Assembly: GCA_964016885.1 (NCBI GenBank)
Contig: OZ024742.1
Coordinates: 265,112,001 to 265,176,000, forward strand
Direction: 5' to 3'
Length of the DNA stretch: 64,000 nt
DNA from: Eledone cirrhosa
Taxonomy: Eukaryota
Shown: positions 56,546-64,000 of the stretch, one piece after another
Layout: each line of letters opens with the position of its first letter
Numbering within the stretch: the first letter of the stretch is position 1
Made by a program: the position numbers and the translations under genes
The notes under the pieces: model-generated
Told to the model about the DNA's origin: nothing
Databases searched by the model: none
What the model saw: only the letters and a program-made list of their open reading frames with translations

Positions 56546-56657
56546 AAATGATAAAGTCCACGCAGCTAACAAAGAGCTACAGCAGAGCGAAAGTAATAAC
56601 ACCACTTACATACCACATTACGGAGCTAGCTAACATTACCACCCCCACAACCACCAC

Positions 56658-56692
<35 letters not shown>

Positions 56693-57843
56693 ACACCAAC
56701 ACCACCACCACCACCACCAATATCACTTCCAACCTACCGACACCAACACCACCACCACCACCACCACCACCACCACCACAACCACAACCACCACTACCAC
56801 CACCACCACCACCACTAACACCATCACCACCACCACCTTCTCCACCACCACCACCACCTTCTCCACCACCACCACCATCACTACCACCCCACCAACACCA
56901 ACACCACCATCACCACCACCACCACCACCACAACCATCACCACCACCACCACAACCACCACCACCATCACCACCACCACCATCACTACCACCCCACCAAC
57001 ACCAACACCACCATCACCACCACCACCACCACCACCACCACCACAACCACCACCACCATCACCACCACCACCATCACTACCACCCCACCAACACCAACAC
57101 CACCATCACCACCACCACCACCACCACCACCACCACCATCACCACCACCACCACCACCACCACCACCACCACCACCACCATCACCACCACCACCACAACC
57201 ACCACCCCACCAACACCACACCACCATCACTACCACCCCACCAACACCATCACCACCACCACCACCACCACCACCACCACCACCACCACCACCACCACCA
57301 CCACATCAACCATCATTATCACCACTACTACCACAACCACCATCACCACCACCACCACACAACCATCATCATCACCACCACCACAACCACCATCACTACC
57401 ACCACCACCACTACCACCACTACCACCACCTTCACCACACGATCATCATCATCACTACTCCCACCAACACAAACACTACGACCACCACCACCGCCACCAA
57501 CACCACCACCACCACCACAACCATCAACACCACACCACCATCACCACCACACCACCACACCACCACCACTACTCCCACCACCAACACAAACACTACGACC
57601 CCCCCAATCACCAATACACCCCACCCCCAACCGCAATTACCCCCACCCACCACTACTCCCACCACCACTATCGCCACCACCACCACCACCACCACCACCA
57701 CGACCACCACACCACCACCACCACTACTCCCACCACTATAACCACCAACACAAACACTACGACCACCACGACAACAATAATCATATATCCTCACAACCAT
57801 AACTCCCAAACACCACCATCACCACCATCACCACTACAAATAG

Positions 57844-57904
<61 letters not shown>

Positions 57905-57910
57905 AGCAAC
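56478..57910. repeat. (ACT)n/(CCA)n/(CAT)n compound array with higher-order units
   Basis: Directly visible. The 431-aa ORF is a stop-free repeat translation. Confidence 0.95.
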
Positions 57911-58398
57911 ATCATGATCACTATAACCAACAACCACCTACACAAACTAAAACCAGTCCCTGCCAACCTCTCCCCTCGACGACAAGCACCCCTACCCTCG
58001 GAACACGTCAACACACCTTACACTTAGCTGAGATCCCGGCACATAGCTGTATCTTAATTTGATACATTGGCACTGCATCAAAGCAAGACCTTCCGAAATA
58101 TTTACAAGACTTAGTGGAGGTGAGTGGAGCGGATAGTGGCGGGTAGAAGGGATGAAGGTAATTCTTCACATTCCTTGGACCTCTCTCAACACACCGCATG
58201 TCTATAATGAATAGAAATGTATGCGTTTCTCTGTACCTATGTCCATGTGGATGTGGGTGTATATGTCTACATATACGCAAATTTATATATCTTCGTCTCT
58301 GCAGTTTGTATGTATATGAATGTATAGGTATATGATTATCTATATGTACATATATATATATATACTCGTATATATATATATACATACACACACACACA

Positions 58399-58443
<45 letters not shown>

Positions 58444-58453
58444 TCGTATATAT

Positions 58454-58535
<82 letters not shown>

Positions 58536-58609
58536 TTGTACATATATATATATATATATATATAGACATACACACACACACATATATATATATGTGTGTG
58601 TATATATAT

Positions 58610-59162
58610 ATGGTGGCTGCCAACTCGTTTTCGAGTACGGCCACTACTTTATATCCATGTAGGAGAACCCCTACCGAAGCGCTGAACGAGTGTGACTTTT
58701 TAGTCCAGCCAGCGACTTGAAAACTCTGGTACAAACACTACACTTGTGACAATTATTGACACATAGTGCTGGGGCCATGGTACCATGTGAGGACAAGTGC
58801 AGAGAGATCTCCAGATATAAAGCAATGCCTGTGCCGTGAAGCTTTTATAGTGAGCAAAGGCACTGCACAAAGCCAGTCCCACTCTCTTAACCAAGATGAT
58901 ATTTACCAAAAAGAAGAACAAGTCAACATCATTGGATACCATCAGGGTTGCAGGTGTTATATCAGAGTTTTCCTTCTCCTAGAATTCTGCCTTGACAAAG
59001 GCTAAGGGGTCATCTCTCCCGGTGATTCTGGATGGCCATTGACTCTTAAGAGCTCCTTTGCCCTTTGACAGGTTTTGTTTTTAGTCCTGCAGGATGTCCA
59101 AAGTCACCCTCCTCACCAAGAAACCTTGGTGGGGTTGCCAGTTTAGTCGCCAACGACCCGAC
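58610..59162 (-). mobile_element. Non-autonomous element derived from an RTE 5' UTR
   Basis: Minus strand TTAGCCTT..GGCAG..CTAGGAGAAGGAAAACTCTG matches the RTE 5' signature at 63630-63670. Related pieces occur at ~32340-32500 and 42710-42800. Confidence 0.6.
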
Positions 59163-59544
59163 TAATTAGATTAGAGCAAACATCACGAGCGCTCTATCTC
59201 AAAATTATTTTTGAAAAGCATTAGAAATGCGCAACCGGTGAAAACTTAAAACTAAAACTGAATACTAACCAATAATTATTACTAATTTTTACTTATTCCT
59301 AATTAAACTATTTTTCACTGGGAACAATTTGTCAGCATTTTCTTTTCCTTTTACCAATATATATATATATAGTATCATGCAGGAGAGAGATGATACTACG
59401 ATGAAAACAAATTGCTATGGAACGTTTGTAAATGATGATGTGAACTTTTATAGAGAAATTAGTCAGAGTCAGTTGTCAACAGGTTTCAGAGGAAGTCTGC
59501 AGAATTCCACAACTAAATACACACCTTTTTGATTAGAAATGTAA

Positions 59545-59731
59545 TTGTTTCTACTTTAGCCCCAAGGCCAGCAATTACCCAGTACATTACTCGTACTTTA
59601 TTTTATCGATCCCGTAAGGATGAAAGGGAAAGTTAACCTCGGCGGGATTTGAACTCAGATCGTAAAGGGACGTAACTATGCTAGAAAGCATGGCGTCCAA
59701 CCCTCTACCGATACTGCCAATTCACCGCCCT
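59545..59731 (-). mobile_element. tRNA-derived SINE, near full length
   Basis: Minus strand GGGCGGTGAATTGGCAGTATCGG (A box) ... GAGTTCAAATCC (B box). Confidence 0.9.
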
Positions 59732-59856
59732 TTTGATTAGAAAAGTAATGTGCGTATTAACATACACAAACACGCCAACACTGAAACATATGTATAAATA
59801 TATGTATATACACGCGCACGCACGCCCCCCCCCACACACATACACGCACACACACA

Positions 59857-59904
<48 letters not shown>

Positions 59905-59908
<4 letters not shown>

Positions 59909-62900
59909 TGGTGGATTCTTCGCTTGCGAAGATCAGTGGGGAGAAATATTGTCCTGCTCCGTGCAGTGGCACACCCTGAGGTGACTGTAGAAGCCAATCC
60001 TGAACCTGTAGGAACTGGTACAGTTGTGGCAAGTGTATATTTGGTCAGTTCGTTGTTGGGTAGCTGAGAGCTTTCTTCTTTGACGTTTGTTTTTCAGCCG
60101 CCGCCCTCCTGCCGTCTTCGAAACTGGCTGCAGCTGTTTTGATGGTCACTCTCCATTTCTCTCTGTCCTCCGCCAGGTGCTCCCGTTGCCTGTGATCAAT
60201 ATTGCCTTGGGTCAGCTGGCGCTTGAGTTGGTACCTGAAGCGTTTTCGGGGTGGGGAATGGGGGGGGGGGGGCTTGGTTTCGATTGCCTTGACGTTCACC
60301 CAGAGTCGTTCATGCGCGAGACATGACCTGCCCAGTGGAGCTGTCTCAGCATCAGCATAATTTCAATGCTTATGATATCGACCCTATTGAGAACTTCCTC
60401 GTTTCCTGGATGAGTGACCTCAGTTCACTATAAAAGGATTCTTTTGCAGTAGAGTCTGCTTGCAGTGTTGGTGCATATACACTAATGATGGTGATAAATT
60501 GGTTGTCCCTGCCAACGGATGCCCATGATGGAGTGAAGGCATCGCTGATTGAATCTTTCCAGTAGCTTGATCTGCTTTTGCTAAAATGCCCAGCTTTCAG
60601 GTCCGTAGAGGAGGGTAGTCAATACAACAGATTTGTAAACTCTGATCTTTATGGTGATGCGTATAGTGTGGTTCTGTTACGAGCGTTTCTGCAAACGTCC
60701 GAATGAATTGCTGGCCTTGGCAATGCGGTTGTCAATGTCCTTTGCTGAGGTAACGTCATTGGTAATGACACTTCCCAAGTATGTGAAGTGTTCCACTGAT
60801 GGAGGGTGGTATTCTTCGTTTGTTGGCTTCTGGCACATGACTTCCGTTTTCTTGAGGCTGATGGGCAATCCAAAGGCTTTTGCTACGCGAGCAAAGCATA
60901 TGACGGCTACCTGGAGATATTCAGTGCGCCAGAGGAGCGCAGACGTCTGCGAACATCAGATGCTGGGTAAACTCGTTCAATGTTCTGGTCCGGGCGAGCA
61001 GTCTTCACAAGTTAAACACACTTCCATCAGTACGGAACAGGATGTAAATGCCCTCCCACAGATATGTGTTTGCTTCGCAGAGCATTTTGTTGAAGAATAT
61101 GGCAAATAAGGTTGAGGCAAGGACACAGCCTTGTTTCACGCCATTCTCGAAGGGGAAGTGTTCGGAGAGACCATCATTGTGTTTCACCTGTCCCTGTTGT
61201 CCTGTTTGGAGTTGCTGGAGCATTGTCAGAAAAGTTGGCGAACATCCAAGTCTGCTGAGGATCTTCCAAATTCCATCCCTACTGACGGTATCAAATACAT
61301 TCGTCAGGTCAATGAAGGCAGAGTACAAGGCCATATTTTGCTATCTACATTTTTCTTGAATCTGGCGGAGGACAAAAATCATGTCTGTAGGTCCGCGGTT
61401 GGCTCGGAATCCGCATTGGCTTTCTGGGAGGACATCTTCTGCAATGGCTGGGATGAGTCTATTGAGCAGGACACGAACTACAACTTTGCCTGCGGTTGAG
61501 AGTAACGTGATGCTACGGTAGTTTGAGTAGTCTGATGTTTGGCCTTTGTTCTTGTACAGGGACACTATCATGGTATTTCGGAGAACTGTTGGTATCTCTC
61601 CATTTGAACTGCACTGTACAAATAGGTCCGGGAGCTTCTCAAGGAGTGAGTCACCACCATGCATGTATACCGTAACGGGAATACCGTTAACACCAGGAGC
61701 CCTGTATGTTTTCATGCGGGTGACTGCAGTCTTTACCTCCTCTAGGGAGGATGGTGCATCCAGCTCAATTTTGACCTTCTGCTGTGAGATGTTGTTGATC
61801 GAAGTGCCTGCTACCGAGTGTTTGTCACCAAACAGGTTACTATAGTTTTCAATCAGGTGGTTCATGGTGATCTTTTTGACTATGAACAGTGCTGACCAAT
61901 CTGCTGAACGGAGAGGCGCTTGTGTTTGATGAATAGGGCCATAGACCTTCCGGAGTGCCTCATAGAAGGCTCTTGTTTTGCCAGTATCCACATAGTGCTG
62001 TATTCTCTCGGCCTGTTCTATCCACCAGTTATTCTGGATCTCCCTAAGATTTCTCTGTAGAGTGCTGTAGATTTTCCTGTATGTCGACATGGTTGACTGG
62101 CTATTCGGACTCGACAGCACTTCTCGGTGTGCAGAGCGTTTCTCGTCAATGAGATTTGGATCTCCTCATCATTCTCGTCGAGAGACACACCACTTCTGCT
62201 GTTGTGTTTTGCAACGTCTTCTTCAGGTCTTTCCAAACAGTCTCTGGTTCGTGTCGGCAGCTACAATGATATTGAGCTCTTCTTGCAGCTTTTCCTTTAA
62301 TTTCCCCTTCAGCAAGGGGAAGTGATCCCGATTAATTTTCTTGAATTATGAGGTTTTTTCTTTACTGTAAGCTTGATCGTCACCAATGGTCAGTGTAGCA
62401 GTCAGCACTCGGCATAACTCTGGTATTCAGCACATCTTTCGTATCTCTCTGGCGCACTAGGATATGATCTAGTAGGTGCCAATGCTTGGAGCCTGGGTGC
62501 CTCCATGTTGTTTTGAACCTGTTTTTGTGCTGGAAAAGGGTGTTGGTGATGGCCAGAGAGTGCTCAGTGCATAGCTCAAGGAGCAACCGGCCGTTGTCGT
62601 TGCAATTGCTTATCCCATGTCGTCCGGCCACGCCAGGCCAAGTGGCATGATCTTTGCCAAACTTTGCGTTGAAATCGCCCTTGATGACGATTTTGTCAGA
62701 GTTGTTGGTTTCCTGGATGAGTGAACTCAGTTCACTGTAAAAGGATTCTTTTGCAGTAGAGTCTGCTTGCAGTGTTGGTGCATATACACTAATGATGGTG
62801 AGAAATTGGTTGTCTTGCTAGGGACAATGGAGAGACGTCAGTTGGTCAGAGTGACCAAATGGAAGACCTTCAAGACGGTTAGCGATGCTGTTTTTTTATC

Positions 62901-63822
62901 ATCAAACTCCAGACAACCTGTGATTGTCTTTGGCCCTGCCAGACCAGTATAAGGTGTAGCCTACACCATGTTCTATCAGAGACCCCTCGTTCACGGCAGT
63001 GATGTTAATGCTCAGTCGATCTAACTCCTTGACTACTAATGCTGAGCACCTCTGTGGGCGATCGTTGTCGTCAGAATCCCGCATAGTGCGAACATTCCAA
63101 CATGCCAGTTTGAAGCTTCTTGTTTTTTTAATTATCAACTTGTTTCTACCGTTGTAATGAGATGCCTGTTGGTTACGGTGAGCCAGCCAGGTGAATGTGA
63201 GACAACTTTCTTTAGACCAGTTTTCTTGGTCCATTTCCTTGTGGAGTAAGCAGTACTGTCCCTGTAGAGAGCTGCTTGGTCACCCAGAGTGCGGTCGAAT
63301 GCTGCTGTCGTCTCGTTCATTGGGCAACCAACCCAGACATCTGAGCTGCCTACATGCGAAGTTGTGACTGCGAATTCCAGTCCATCTAGCCCTTTCTCCA
63401 TCGCTGTAGGACTTTTAGACAACTACTTCTCGCCTACGGCCAGTGGTTTTTAAGTGAGAGTCAGTGCGCGGAAACCGATCTCACTCTTTACGATATGGAG
63501 TCCTTTCCCAGGGGCTCAGCATGCTGAGACGACTGGGGCGACTGCTAGTCTGTAGGTTTTACATCAAAGTGTCCTTCTAGCCTCTGGCTCAAAAGCCAGA
63601 TCTCGGAGGCACTGGGCGTTTGGGGTCACAGTTTTCTTCTCATAGGCTGGTTGCCAACCAAGGCTAATATGAGCCCAGCCAGCCCATCGCTCAGTCATAC
63701 CGCTGAGTACCCGTACGCGCTTCATGCAAGCTCTGTAAAAACAGGAGATACTACGGAAAGGTGTTGCATGTGCGCACAGCAGGCTTCCCCTGCAATCGCA
63801 TCACCATCCTTACTCCCCCCCC
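59905..63822 (-). mobile_element. Near full-length RTE-clade LINE (APE-RT-zinc finger), inactivated
   Basis: ACWNVRT, SICTNT/GDFNAK, HLLDHIL, CYTDH, YRSITLL, PESQCGFR, FIDL..FDTV, GVKQGC, FADVC and CHNC..GFYSHLR. 3' hairpin CTTCGCAAGCGAAG. (TA)n at both ends. Confidence 0.93.
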
Positions 63823-64000
63823 CTTATATATATATATTTCAGTTGTTAATCCATGGGGGTTTTTTTTCAGATTCCCAATAATTCACGAAGAACGTATAAG
63901 TAATGTGTTAGGAAAAAACATACAAGGCTTAATTAGAAAAAATATTACTTAATTATACATTTTACACGTGTTTTCTTATTGAATTATGTCATCATCTGCA

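Noticed and set aside
56446-57741. 431-aa Pro/His/Thr-rich ORF resembling an extensin or mucin
   Set aside because: It is a stop-free translation of trinucleotide repeats with no splice or domain evidence.

Overview
Eukaryotic, AT-rich, repeat-dominated DNA with no host gene that I can support. The SINE family and the dense (TA)n/(CA)n/(GA)n microsatellites look like an octopod cephalopod genome (inference). The window holds four Tx1-clade LINE copies (one near full length with a CCHC ORF1), a near full-length decayed RTE LINE plus RTE fragments, three CRE-type RT/RLE fragments, several Penelope-like element (PLE) fragments, a Tc1/mariner relic, MITEs and many tRNA-derived SINEs. Most ORF-track entries are microsatellite artefacts. 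The main non-obvious signal is a high density of type I hammerhead ribozyme (HHR) motifs found by eye: five with intact cores and about eight decayed. Four of the five intact ones, in unrelated sequence contexts, have U.U instead of the usual G10.1-C11.1 pair closing stem II. One lies in a non-coding 524-bp unit with a 108-bp terminal redundancy (retrozyme-like). Another lies in the loop of a nested long inverted repeat. There are also several long palindromes, including a perfect 270-bp one. All folds and alignments were done by hand, and no activity has been shown.
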